Below, piece by piece: positions 10,502-19,728 of a stretch of DNA of 64,000 nt. Position 1 is the stretch's first letter, and every line of letters starts with the position of its first letter. The notes under the pieces are model-generated. The model searched no databases. It saw nothing but the letters and a program-made list of their open reading frames with translations, and was not told where the DNA came from. The stretch covers positions 53,643 to 117,642 of IMG/VR virus record IMGVR_UViG_3300037502_003770. One strand, given 5' to 3'. A program made the position numbers and the translations under genes. This DNA is from a virus.

Positions 10502-11062
10502 TTGATTTTTATGAAAATAACGATTTATAATAATAACTTTCTTTATATAGAGTGTTTAACTACAGCAGTATGTTATAATTTACATATAGATAATTTTTTT
10601 GATTCATTTAGGTATAATTACATAAATTATTTTAGTCAAAATAAATACCCTATTAGTTATGATTTTTTGTTAAGTCTTGAAAATTATAAACAATACATTT
10701 TACCTGAAAATATTTATATCTTTCTTATAAAGAAATATAAAGATAACATCAGATATACATCTTCTGAATTATTTAATAAATTTGGAATAATTTATTCGTC
10801 TATTACATATAATATATGTTTAGAATTAATTAAAAATTATAGTGATTTTAAATTGAGTAAAATACCATCTAAATTTAGGGACATTAATTTATGTAAAGAA
10901 GCTTTAAAAAATAATTACTTATATTTAAGTTCAGTACCTAAAAAATTAAGAAATAATAAGGAAATACTTAATGTATATTTAGAATCTTTTATTAAATATA
11001 CTAAAGAAAAATACGGTATTTCTGAAGAAAATATAGCTAAATTAAAAAACTTTTCTCTTTAA
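10502..11062 (+). CDS. FamA-long protein
   Basis: MKITIYNNNFLYIE...; C-terminal LCKEALKNNYLYLSSVPKKLRNNKEILNVY is a DUF4116-like repeat. Confidence 0.6.
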   Translation: MIFMKITIYNNNFLYIECLTTAVCYNLHIDNFFDSFRYNYINYFSQNKYPISYDFLLSLENYKQYILPENIYIFLIKKYKDNIRYTSSELFNKFGIIYSSITYNICLELIKNYSDFKLSKIPSKFRDINLCKEALKNNYLYLSSVPKKLRNNKEILNVYLESFIKYTKEKYGISEENIAKLKNFSL

Positions 11063-11063
11063 A

Positions 11064-11633
11064 ATGGAAATAATACTTACAAATAATATTAATTTTCTTT
11101 ATATAGAAAAAGATGGTTTCCCAAATATAAGTATTTATAGTTTATATTTTGGAAATAATCTTTCTTTTTTAGAATCTTATGCTGAAAAAAATGAATTTCG
11201 TTATTTAACTAATATTACTGCTGGTTATTTTTGGGATGTTGTAAGATATCTTACAGATATTAAATATATTAATAAATTAGCTGAATTTTATTCTTCTATT
11301 AATGATAGTAATAATATTTCTTTTATTCATTTAAATAGAACTTTTATAAATAAAGTTAATAAAAAATATTTAAGTACTGAATTGTTTGAAATTATTACAT
11401 CTAATAAATATTATGGTAACTCACTGAGTGATATTCCTAGTGAATTTAGGTCTTTAAAAGTATGTTTAAAATTTATTAAATCTGAACCTGAACAAATATA
11501 TCATGTACCAAAACATTTAAAGAATAATAAAGAAATTATTAATACTTATATATTTCATACAATGGAAAATGCTTGTAGAAAATATAAGTTCTCAAAAGAA
11601 ATATCAGAACAATTAAAAAACCTTTCTATATAA
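11064..11633 (+). CDS. FamA-long protein
   Basis: MEIILTNNINFLYIEKDG...; C-terminal IPSEFRSLKVCLKFIKSEPEQIYHVPKHLKNNKEIINTY; 1-nt gap after the previous stop. Confidence 0.6.
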   Translation: MEIILTNNINFLYIEKDGFPNISIYSLYFGNNLSFLESYAEKNEFRYLTNITAGYFWDVVRYLTDIKYINKLAEFYSSINDSNNISFIHLNRTFINKVNKKYLSTELFEIITSNKYYGNSLSDIPSEFRSLKVCLKFIKSEPEQIYHVPKHLKNNKEIINTYIFHTMENACRKYKFSKEISEQLKNLSI

Positions 11634-11634
11634 A

Positions 11635-12198
11635 ATGAATCAAATAATAATATATACTGAAACTAATTTTTATGTTGAAACATATAAAACTTTATTCTTA
11701 AATAAAAAAACAAACTTACATATATGGTTTCTTTGTAATATAAATAATTTTTCTGATAATATAATTATTAGAGATAAAAAAACTGATAAAAGATATATTA
11801 ATTTAGAAATTAAAAGAAGAATATACGATAGTATTGAAAATATATTCCCATTTAAACATGAAAAAATAAGTTTATTAATAGTAAAAAACTTTTTTGATGT
11901 AATAAAACATATCAAAGCTTTTAAATCTGTGAAAAATGTTACTTATGAAATAAGTAAATATTTTATTGAAAATAATAAATATCAAAGATTACCAAGCATA
12001 AAAAAGAAATATAGAACGCTTGAAATTTGTAAGTTAACAATAAAAAATAATTCTACTTATATAAGTGATGTACCTGAAGAATTATTAAATAACGAAGAAA
12101 TCATAAATACATATCTACAAACTTTAATTAATGAAAATATTAAACGTGCTAAATTTTCTGAAGAAACTATAACTAAATTAAAAAACCTTTCTATATAA
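11635..12198 (+). CDS. FamA-long protein
   Basis: MNQIIIYTETNFYVETYK...; C-terminal ICKLTIKNNSTYISDVPEELLNNEEIINTY. Confidence 0.6.
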   Translation: MNQIIIYTETNFYVETYKTLFLNKKTNLHIWFLCNINNFSDNIIIRDKKTDKRYINLEIKRRIYDSIENIFPFKHEKISLLIVKNFFDVIKHIKAFKSVKNVTYEISKYFIENNKYQRLPSIKKKYRTLEICKLTIKNNSTYISDVPEELLNNEEIINTYLQTLINENIKRAKFSEETITKLKNLSI

Positions 12199-12199
12199 A

Positions 12200-12685
12200 A
12201 TGAAAATTTATTTGAATTTTTATAATTATTTCTATTTTGAATCTTCTGTAAAAACGTACTCTCTTTTGAAAAATACAGTTTATTTTCAATTAGCACTGGA
12301 GATTTTTTTCGATAGAAATTTTTATAATAAGATTTTTTCGCCACTTACTAAAAACTATTATGATTATTCTATTCGTTATAATAAGAAATTTTCAGAAAAA
12401 CTTAGTATTATGATTAGTAAGTACATGATAAAAGATAATTATGAAATATATCGTGATTTTTCTTATGAATTACAAACTTTAGAAAATACCTTACTTTATT
12501 TAGGTATTATAATTGAAAAGTACAATCACGTAAGTCATTATAATTTATCTGTTATTCCTAGTAAATTATTAAAAACTAAAGAAATTACACAAAAAATAGC
12601 AATGGTACGTATTAAATCTTTATCTTTTGAAGAAGAATTTAACCAAGAATATATTGAATCAGTTTTAAAAATTTTAACATTATAA
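12200..12685 (+). CDS. FamA-long protein (divergent)
   Basis: MKIYLNFYNYFYFESS...; C-terminal LSVIPSKLLKTKEITQKI. Confidence 0.5.
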   Translation: MKIYLNFYNYFYFESSVKTYSLLKNTVYFQLALEIFFDRNFYNKIFSPLTKNYYDYSIRYNKKFSEKLSIMISKYMIKDNYEIYRDFSYELQTLENTLLYLGIIIEKYNHVSHYNLSVIPSKLLKTKEITQKIAMVRIKSLSFEEEFNQEYIESVLKILTL

Positions 12686-12734
12686 AATAAATTAAGTATT
12701 ATATTTAACATTAAACAAAAACAATCAAACAATT

Positions 12735-14519
12735 ATGTTCAACAAACTAACAACAACAGGGAAAGCGTTAATTGCCCTACTTATTATTGGTTTACTTATT
12801 TGTGGTAAGTTCTTTATTTTCGATAGATTACCTCAAGAAGTTCAAGAATCTCAACATTTTGGTAAAGTAAGTTTACCAGATTCACCTGAAGCATCTTTAA
12901 CAGGAAATGCTGCTATTAAATTAGAATTTCCTAAAGAAACAGATGCAAATAATGGTGGTACAAAAATCATTTGGAAAATGATGGCGTGGCAAAGTCAAAA
13001 TGGAATTGTTTATTCAAATGGAGGTTCTACCACTAAAGAAAATAGTCTATTTGATAAAGCTAAATTAGATGTAACACTAGAAAGACAAGATGATTGTTTT
13101 AAAAGTTGTGCAGATTTAGTAGCTTTCACTAAACAATACAAAGAAAACCCTGAAACACCAGCTGTTTTTATTACATTTATGGGTTCTGGAATTCCAGCCT
13201 ATATTTCAGGAATTTCTAAACAAGTGGAAGATTTAGGACCTGAATATCAACCAGTAGCTTTTCTAACAACTGGAAAATCTTATGGTGAAGACCAAATTAT
13301 AGGTGATAAAAAATATAAAGATAATAAACAAAATCTAAAAGGTGCTACGGTTGTAGGTGTACGAATGGATGGTGATTTAGATTTAGCTTTAAAACTTTGT
13401 GGTGATAATGGAATAAAAGTAAATGTAGATGATAAAGTTTACGACCCTGAAGCTTTAAACTTTATGTATTCAGGAACTTTCATGGATGCAGTTGTTATGT
13501 ATAATAATAATTATTCTGAAACTCGAAAAATCGCTATTAATGGTAAAACAATTGGTAGAGATACAACAATTAGTGCTGATTTAGTTGCAACATGGACACC
13601 AGGCGATGTTAAAGCAAAACAAGGTAGAGGTGGTGTAACAATTATTTCCACTAAACAATATGCGAGTATTATGCCAAATATCACAATTACTTGTAAGAAA
13701 TGGCTAAACGACCACCGAATACAAGCTCAAGAAATTACAAAAGCATGTGCTATCGCAGGAGACCAAATCAGGACATTTGACGATGTTAAGAAATATGTAT
13801 CTCGTTTAAATACTGATTTTTATAATGAAAAAGATGCTTCACCTGAATATTGGTACAAATATTATAATGGTGAACAAATTGATGAAGATACGAGGTTAGG
13901 TGGTTCAATGGTATTTAACTTAGGTGATATGGCAAATATGTTAGGTATCTTCATTGAAGGACAAACAGACCATACAGATATTTATAAATCAGTTTATAAT
14001 ACCTTTGGTACGCTTCAAAGCAAATATTACCCTAATGATTTACCTAAATACTTAGAATATACTAAGGCTTTTGATAAAACAGTTTTACAAACAGTAATTA
14101 ATGAAAATCCTGAATTACTCACAGGTAAAATCAATTTAATTGATTATAGTAAAACAGAAAAAGGCGACCAAATTGGTAATAAATCTTATAATATTGAATT
14201 TGCATCAGGTTCATCAGAACTTACCGAAAGTGGCAAACGAGAATTAGATGAAATTTATACTAATATTGTTTCAGCTGACGGTACAAAAGTAGAATTGATT
14301 GGTCATACTGATAATCAAGGTATTTCCTCTGAAAACTTATCTCTTTCTGAAAGAAGAGCCAAATCAGCACTAGAATATCTAAAACAAAAAGGTGTGGAAT
14401 CTCAAAGATTAGTATCTAAAGGTAGAGGTGATAGTGAACCAGTTGCAGATAATTCCACAAGTGCAGGTAGAGCTAAAAATAGAAGGGTAAATATTTCACT
14501 CTTTGCTATTAAAGAATAA
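12735..14519 (+). CDS. OmpA-family protein with N-terminal membrane anchor
   Basis: N-terminal TM segment; C-terminal LIGHTDNQGISSENLSLSERRAKSALEYLKQKGV...RAKNRRVNISL is a typical OmpA C-terminal peptidoglycan-binding domain. Confidence 0.75.
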   Translation: MFNKLTTTGKALIALLIIGLLICGKFFIFDRLPQEVQESQHFGKVSLPDSPEASLTGNAAIKLEFPKETDANNGGTKIIWKMMAWQSQNGIVYSNGGSTTKENSLFDKAKLDVTLERQDDCFKSCADLVAFTKQYKENPETPAVFITFMGSGIPAYISGISKQVEDLGPEYQPVAFLTTGKSYGEDQIIGDKKYKDNKQNLKGATVVGVRMDGDLDLALKLCGDNGIKVNVDDKVYDPEALNFMYSGTFMDAVVMYNNNYSETRKIAINGKTIGRDTTISADLVATWTPGDVKAKQGRGGVTIISTKQYASIMPNITITCKKWLNDHRIQAQEITKACAIAGDQIRTFDDVKKYVSRLNTDFYNEKDASPEYWYKYYNGEQIDEDTRLGGSMVFNLGDMANMLGIFIEGQTDHTDIYKSVYNTFGTLQSKYYPNDLPKYLEYTKAFDKTVLQTVINENPELLTGKINLIDYSKTEKGDQIGNKSYNIEFASGSSELTESGKRELDEIYTNIVSADGTKVELIGHTDNQGISSENLSLSERRAKSALEYLKQKGVESQRLVSKGRGDSEPVADNSTSAGRAKNRRVNISLFAIKE

Positions 14520-14548
14520 AATATAACCTTATTTAAAATAAAAAAACT

Positions 14549-14578
14549 CTCAATTTTAACGATTGGGGGTTTTTTTTG
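14549..14578 (+). terminator. possible weak intrinsic terminator
   Basis: ctcaat/attggg 6-bp stem (one G-U) followed by GGTTTTTTTT. Confidence 0.35.
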
Positions 14579-14607
14579 TAATATAAATAAACATAAACAA
14601 CATTATA

Positions 14608-15213
14608 ATGAAACTAACTTATTCTATTTCAGAAAATAATTATATTGGAATTAGCAATCAAATTTTCTTTTATGAGTTACTATTTGGTTTATCTATATTA
14701 AAAAATAATACAGTTTATTTTAGCATACCTTCTTCTTATAGTGAAAGGTTATCTGAATCATTAAAAATAATTACAGGAAATATTGAATCTTTAATAAAAG
14801 TTGATAATAAAATTAAATATGTTGATGTTATATTTTCAAGTTCTATTGAGAAAGCTGAAATATCATTTTCTTCTCATCATAAATTTAGTTTAGATATAAA
14901 TGATAAATTAAATATATCTTACTTAATTGAGAGAATACAAAAATTTTCTAATTTAAAAGCATTAGAAAATATCAATGTTACTGACGAAACAATGGAACTT
15001 TCAGAAGGCTCCGTTGCTTTATTAAAAACAGCTTTAGAAAAATTAGAACCTTCTATTCAAGAAGCTATTTTATTAAATGATATACCTACTTTATTGAAAA
15101 TTGCTTTAGTAAATAAACTATATAGATTAGTTGATACTAATTTAGAATTTGATAATATTCTAAAAGTAGAAGATATTGCAACAGCTTTACAATTTTTACC
15201 TAGATTAAATTAA
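14608..15213 (+). CDS. hypothetical protein, FamA-like motif offset from the N-terminus
   Basis: ISENNYIGISNQIFFYELL at residues 8-26. Confidence 0.35.
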   Translation: MKLTYSISENNYIGISNQIFFYELLFGLSILKNNTVYFSIPSSYSERLSESLKIITGNIESLIKVDNKIKYVDVIFSSSIEKAEISFSSHHKFSLDINDKLNISYLIERIQKFSNLKALENINVTDETMELSEGSVALLKTALEKLEPSIQEAILLNDIPTLLKIALVNKLYRLVDTNLEFDNILKVEDIATALQFLPRLN

Positions 15214-15214
15214 T

Positions 15215-15442
15215 ATGAAGGATGATATTTTTTTACAAATTGATATAAATACTGGTCACACAAAATACTTTGAACGTGACAGTAAATTTAATTTAAAACT
15301 TTCTTTAATTATTATTTATTTTACAGAAGAGACTTTTTTGAATAAAAATGGTTTGTATCTTTTACTTATAATGAAAGATGGTAAAACCATTTTCTTTAAA
15401 GATTTTAGACATCAAAAAATAATTTATTATGTTGGAAATTAG
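15215..15442 (+). CDS. FamA-short protein
   Basis: IFLQIDINTGHTKYFERD motif; tandem position in the array. Confidence 0.35.
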   Translation: MKDDIFLQIDINTGHTKYFERDSKFNLKLSLIIIYFTEETFLNKNGLYLLLIMKDGKTIFFKDFRHQKIIYYVGN

Positions 15443-15623
15443 TATATATTATAATTATACAACTTACAATGAAATTTTTGATATTAGCGTATTGAAATCA
15501 TGTCTTAATATACAGATAAAAGAATATATAGTTTTCCATGAATATATACAATCTTTTTCTAAGTTAATTTCATATTATAATAAAAATCTTCGTAACTTAA
15601 AATATTATGTTAATAAAAATTAA
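15429..15623 (+). CDS. FamA-short-like protein (weak)
   Basis: MLEISIYYNYTTYNE; overlaps its neighbours. Confidence 0.3.
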   Translation: MLEISIYYNYTTYNEIFDISVLKSCLNIQIKEYIVFHEYIQSFSKLISYYNKNLRNLKYYVNKN

Positions 15624-15855
15624 ACTCTCAGAACATTGTTTTTATATTGAGGATTCTTTATACTCAAGACCTTTTACAAGAAGGAACTTTGCTTTTGATT
15701 TAATTTTAAATAATTTTAATGAAATAACATATTTTTTCAATAATAATTTTTATTTAACATGTAATATAAATAAAAATAATATTGAATATTTTGATATTTC
15801 ACTAATGACTGGTATTAAAAATTTTCTTAATTTAACGCATTATATACCAACATAA
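15607..15855 (+). CDS. FamA-short protein
   Basis: MLIKIKLSEHCFYIEDS. Confidence 0.4.
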   Translation: MLIKIKLSEHCFYIEDSLYSRPFTRRNFAFDLILNNFNEITYFFNNNFYLTCNINKNNIEYFDISLMTGIKNFLNLTHYIPT

Positions 15856-16149
15856 ATGTTAGACATTATTTTATATATAGATTGCTTTCAATATATTGAG
15901 GCAACAATAGTGGATATCGGTTCACCAAAAAAAATCTTATTTAGATTAGATTTAAATAATAAAAATAGAATTTTTATTGAAATAAATAGATTTTCTTTAA
16001 AGAAAGGTTATTTTTCATTAATTAACTTTATAAAAGAACGCAAAATTTTATTTAATGATTTAGATTATATAAATATTTTAGATTTAAAATATTATTTTAA
16101 AATATCAAATTCTATCAAAGAGAAAGATTCTCACCTTGCTTTTCTCTGA
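15856..16149 (+). CDS. FamA-short protein whose 3' end runs into the antisense of TnpB-like copy 1
   Basis: MLDIILYIDCFQYIEAT...DLKYYFKISNSIKEKDSHLAFL. The last ~15 codons lie opposite the TnpB-like C-terminal coding region. Confidence 0.4.
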   Translation: MLDIILYIDCFQYIEATIVDIGSPKKILFRLDLNNKNRIFIEINRFSLKKGYFSLINFIKERKILFNDLDYINILDLKYYFKISNSIKEKDSHLAFL

Positions 16150-17495
16150 ATTTAACTGAAAAACTTTATAAGAATGTAAACATTCTTCAATAGAAACTCT
16201 ATATCTCATTTTAGAGTTTTTTATTTTAAGGTAAACTTCCTTCCAATCCTTACAATTAATAAAAGTTTCCTTCCATTGGTCTTTTATTAACAGATTTGGA
16301 TAAAAATTTCCCTTATTTCTTTTAATTATACATTCTATTCCCCTGCGTAAAATTTCTATTGAGGCATTAACAGCATCGCTGTAATCATATTGCAAATTGC
16401 CTATAATAGATGAATACGCAGGATTTATTCTGTATAATTTAATATCTTCAATAAATAACCTTTTTGAAAGATTTTCTATAAAAAGATTTCTTTTCCAAAG
16501 GTTATTATTTTTTCTATTATATTTTCTTCCTTGACCAGCATTTTTACTTTTAAAAGATAAGTCTTCAATAAAAACCGCTTTACAATTATAATACTTTGCA
16601 ACTAAAGAAATCTTCTTAGAGATTTCAATTACTTCATGTTTAATTTTATTCTGAAAGTACTTTGCTTCTTGAGAATCAGTTGATAATTTTAAGGAAATAA
16701 ATTTATCAGTTAGTTCTTTTAAAGAAAACTCTTGGCAATGAATAAGTTTATCATCTTCCATAATAGAAATACCTATATTATTAGGATTCATATCTATCCC
16801 TAAATATCTTTCTTTTGAAGGGAGAAATTTCTTTTCTTGAGATTTAAATTCTTCAAAAGAAATATAAATGTATTTTAAATCAAGTTTTACAGAAAATTTA
16901 TAACCATTCTCAAAACAATCAATATCATTTAATTCCTCAAGTTTAAATAATTCCTTTTTAATATTTCTTCTTAAAGAAGGGAGGTATAAAGGAATATGTA
17001 AATTTCTATTTACTTTAAAAGTGATTTTATTGTTATCAATAATATCTAATTCAAAATAAGTATTTCCTTTATTAGATGTTGTTCCTTGACAAGTAATAGG
17101 TGATAATTTATTTATTTTAAATTCATCATTACTTATCTTACCTTTACATCTTTCATAAAAGTTATTCTTTCCACCAAAAATAACTTTTTGATTTTGAAAT
17201 CTTGTATGAACATCTTTTCCTTCTAAAATAGCGTATTCTATTTGTTTAGAATTAAGCTTTCCAATATTATTTAAACCTTTAAGTAAAGATTTCATTTCTT
17301 TAATATCTGTTATCCCTTCAAAATATCTATTATATGAAAACCTTATTACAGAAGAGAATTGTTTCATTAAAGAATGGATTTCTTTTAATGAATTTACATC
17401 AGTAGTATAAGGCATTTTAATAGTTTTCAAAAGTCTTTAATGTTTATTATAAATAGTAAAAATAAATTATTTAGTATATAATTTTATAACGAATT
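16085..17495 (-). mobile_element. tnpB-like-only IS element, copy 1
   Basis: Shared 3' flank TAAAATATCAAAT just past the stop; shared left end tgtttattataaatagtaaaaataaatta at 17441-17470. Confidence 0.55.
16105..17430 (-). CDS. TnpB-like RuvC nuclease paralog 1 (no zinc-finger insertion in RuvC-III)
   Basis: RuvC-I GIDMNPNNIG, RuvC-II AVFIEDLSF, RuvC-III INPAYSSIIGNLQYDYSDAVNASIEI. No CxxC between PAYSS and DAxNA. Called start is TTG; the ATG 5 codons in gives MPYTT. Confidence 0.75.
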   Translation of the reverse strand: MKTIKMPYTTDVNSLKEIHSLMKQFSSVIRFSYNRYFEGITDIKEMKSLLKGLNNIGKLNSKQIEYAILEGKDVHTRFQNQKVIFGGKNNFYERCKGKISNDEFKINKLSPITCQGTTSNKGNTYFELDIIDNNKITFKVNRNLHIPLYLPSLRRNIKKELFKLEELNDIDCFENGYKFSVKLDLKYIYISFEEFKSQEKKFLPSKERYLGIDMNPNNIGISIMEDDKLIHCQEFSLKELTDKFISLKLSTDSQEAKYFQNKIKHEVIEISKKISLVAKYYNCKAVFIEDLSFKSKNAGQGRKYNRKNNNLWKRNLFIENLSKRLFIEDIKLYRINPAYSSIIGNLQYDYSDAVNASIEILRRGIECIIKRNKGNFYPNLLIKDQWKETFINCKDWKEVYLKIKNSKMRYRVSIEECLHSYKVFQLNSEKSKVRIFLFDRI

Positions 17496-17534
17496 TAATA
17501 TATAAATGTATTTATAAAATAAACTTTTCAAAAA

Positions 17535-17756
17535 ATGAAAATATTTATAGGAAATTGGTTGTTCACTTATGAAGAAATTAATTTAAAAGGTAAAATTGAA
17601 GTTTACTTTTGTATTCATTCTTTATATAACAGTCTTTTTATTTATCAACAAAAATCAAAAAAATTAACTATTTTAACTATAAATGATAATATAAAAAGAA
17701 TAAGTTTTAGTCGTTATACTCTTAATGTTCATAATTTAAACTATTATATAAACTAA
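17535..17756 (+). CDS. FamA-short protein
   Basis: MKIFIGNWLFTYEEIN; TAATG overlap with the permease start. Confidence 0.4.
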   Translation: MKIFIGNWLFTYEEINLKGKIEVYFCIHSLYNSLFIYQQKSKKLTILTINDNIKRISFSRYTLNVHNLNYYIN

Positions 17757-18568
17757 TGAAAAAATTATTATTACCATCTTTTATAGAAAAACCTTCTTTT
17801 AAAATAATACTTATCTCAAGTATTATTCAGTTTGTTTTAGCTATTTTATTTCTTGAATATAATGGTAATGAGGTATTACCTAAACCAAGTAAAGTTTTAC
17901 ATTCTTTGTATAGTATAGTTATTAGTAAAGATTTTATCTTTGATTTTGTTGCAACATTATCTATGATATTTAAGAGTATGTCGATAGCTATTTTAATATC
18001 ATTATTCTTTATATATTTAAGTTTAATACCTATATTTAGAAATATGGCACAATTCATTTCTAAATTAAGGTTTTTAACTTACACAGGTTTAGTATTTGTA
18101 TTTACTGTTATTTTTCATAATGGTTCAGACATTAAACTATCTCTATTCTTATTTGCTATTATTCCTTATTTTGTAACATCTTTACTTTCTTATGTAAAAG
18201 ATATACCACAAAAAGAATATGAGTTAGCTTATACTTTAAAATTTAATGAATTTAAAACATTATATGAAGTAGTAATAAAAGGTCAATTACATACAGTATT
18301 TGAAGTAATAAGACAAAACTTTGCAATAGCATGGATGATGATTACAAGCGTTGAAGCATACTCTATGAGTGAAGGAGGTTTAGGAACCATGATGATTAAA
18401 TCAAATAAATATTTAGATATGAATAGTGTTTTTGCTGTATTAATAATAATTTTAATACTTGGAATATTCTTTGATTATTTATTTGATGTTTTAAAAGTGT
18501 TCTTCTTTCCATATACAAATATAAAAAGGTATGAAAATTTTTGGATAAATAAACTTTTTAAGAAATGA
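17756..18568 (+). CDS. ABC transporter permease, NitT/TauT (SsuC/TauC-like) family
   Basis: LPKPSKVLHSL N-terminal motif; about 6 TM segments; ELAYTLKFNEFKTLYEVVIKGQLHTVFEVIRQNFAIAWMMITSVEAYSMSEGGLGTMMIKS matches the conserved permease loop. Confidence 0.7.
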   Translation: MKKLLLPSFIEKPSFKIILISSIIQFVLAILFLEYNGNEVLPKPSKVLHSLYSIVISKDFIFDFVATLSMIFKSMSIAILISLFFIYLSLIPIFRNMAQFISKLRFLTYTGLVFVFTVIFHNGSDIKLSLFLFAIIPYFVTSLLSYVKDIPQKEYELAYTLKFNEFKTLYEVVIKGQLHTVFEVIRQNFAIAWMMITSVEAYSMSEGGLGTMMIKSNKYLDMNSVFAVLIIILILGIFFDYLFDVLKVFFFPYTNIKRYENFWINKLFKK

Positions 18569-18930
18569 TAAATATCTTTACAGAAAACTTCTTTTATTTA
18601 GAAGGTGGTGTCGAAAACCCAATACTTCATATAAGAAAATATACTACTTTCTTATATTTTAATATAAATATTGTAGATTATTTTATAGAAAAACTACGTA
18701 ATTTTAAAGTTGTTTTATATCATTTTGGTGAATATAATTTCTTTAATTTAAAATATGATGCTCAAGTAAACATATTATATTATTTACAAATTAGTATAAA
18801 AAAATCTATTCTTAATAAACTTTCTTTTCCTTTAGCTAAGTTTATCTATGATTCTGCACAAATAGGTGGTAAACTTAGTGGTAAAATAAAAGCTAGTCAT
18901 GTACCAAATAAATACCTTTTTCCAAAATGA
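18565..18930 (+). CDS. FamA protein (FFYLEGG subtype)
   Basis: MINIFTENFFYLEGGVE; ATGA overlap with the permease stop. Confidence 0.55.
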   Translation: MINIFTENFFYLEGGVENPILHIRKYTTFLYFNINIVDYFIEKLRNFKVVLYHFGEYNFFNLKYDAQVNILYYLQISIKKSILNKLSFPLAKFIYDSAQIGGKLSGKIKASHVPNKYLFPK

Positions 18931-19280
18931 TACAAATATTTAATGAAAACTTCTTTTATTTAGAAGGTGGTTTACAAGATAATGTATATGATAGAATACT
19001 AAGTTGTTTTATCTACTTTAATTCTTTCATTCACGATTATTTTATTAGTAAATTTGATAAAAATAAAGTAGAACTAAATTTATATCATTTTGAGATATAT
19101 AATAAGATAGAACTAAATAGAAGTTATAAAAAAATTCCTTATGAAATAACATTTACTTTAAATAAATTTTTTGTAAAAAAAGCTTCTTTTTCTTTAGTAA
19201 CAAATATTTACAAATATGCAATATCTTGTGGAAATATTAAGAAAACTAACTTACCAAAGAAATTTCAAAATTTATGTTAA
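18927..19280 (+). CDS. FamA protein (FFYLEGG subtype)
   Basis: MIQIFNENFFYLEGGLQ; near-identical to 18565 at the 5' end; ATGA overlap. Confidence 0.55.
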   Translation: MIQIFNENFFYLEGGLQDNVYDRILSCFIYFNSFIHDYFISKFDKNKVELNLYHFEIYNKIELNRSYKKIPYEITFTLNKFFVKKASFSLVTNIYKYAISCGNIKKTNLPKKFQNLC

Positions 19281-19480
19281 TAAAAATAGAATTTTCAAAC
19301 AACAATAATTATTTTGAAACGGAAGTAGGAAGGTTTTATTTTCATTTTACTATAACCTTTTATTATGAATGTGTTCATATTCTTGAAAGTACATTAAATT
19401 ATATTTATATTAAATATAATAATGAATATTTATATAAAAATTTTCAAAATATTAATAAACTTAATTTAAAATATTATTAG
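19274..19480 (+). CDS. FamA-short protein (C-terminal NLKYY)
   Basis: MLIKIEFSNNNNYFETE...NINKLNLKYY. Confidence 0.45.
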   Translation: MLIKIEFSNNNNYFETEVGRFYFHFTITFYYECVHILESTLNYIYIKYNNEYLYKNFQNINKLNLKYY

Positions 19481-19485
19481 TAATT

Positions 19486-19710
19486 ATGTATACTTATATT
19501 ATAATAATAGAATTATCAAACGATATTAATTATTATGAAAGAGAGCAATTTGCGAGTTTTTATTTTCATTTTGTAATATCTTGTATTTATTATGAATGTA
19601 TGCGCTTTAATGAGAGTTTAATATTAATTTATATTGAACATAACGATAAAGATTTATATAATTATTATAAAAATATTAACAAACTTAATTTAAAATATTA
19701 CTTGTTTTAA
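19486..19710 (+). CDS. FamA-short protein
   Basis: ...IIELSNDINYYERE...NINKLNLKYYLF; paralog of 19274. Confidence 0.45.
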   Translation: MYTYIIIIELSNDINYYEREQFASFYFHFVISCIYYECMRFNESLILIYIEHNDKDLYNYYKNINKLNLKYYLF

Positions 19711-19728
19711 AAAAACCATTTTCAAAAA

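Noticed and set aside
12735-14519. Middle domain of the OmpA-family protein as the missing substrate-binding protein of the ABC importer
   Set aside because: Only vague resemblance (DGDLDLALKL...); no confident periplasmic binding-protein motifs could be aligned by eye.
16105-17430. Hidden zinc finger in the TnpB-like paralogs
   Set aside because: The canonical position between PAYSS and DAxNA has no Cys. The C-terminal extension has only scattered C...C...C..H (not CxxC pairs), so no zinc finger is claimed, only flagged for structural checking.
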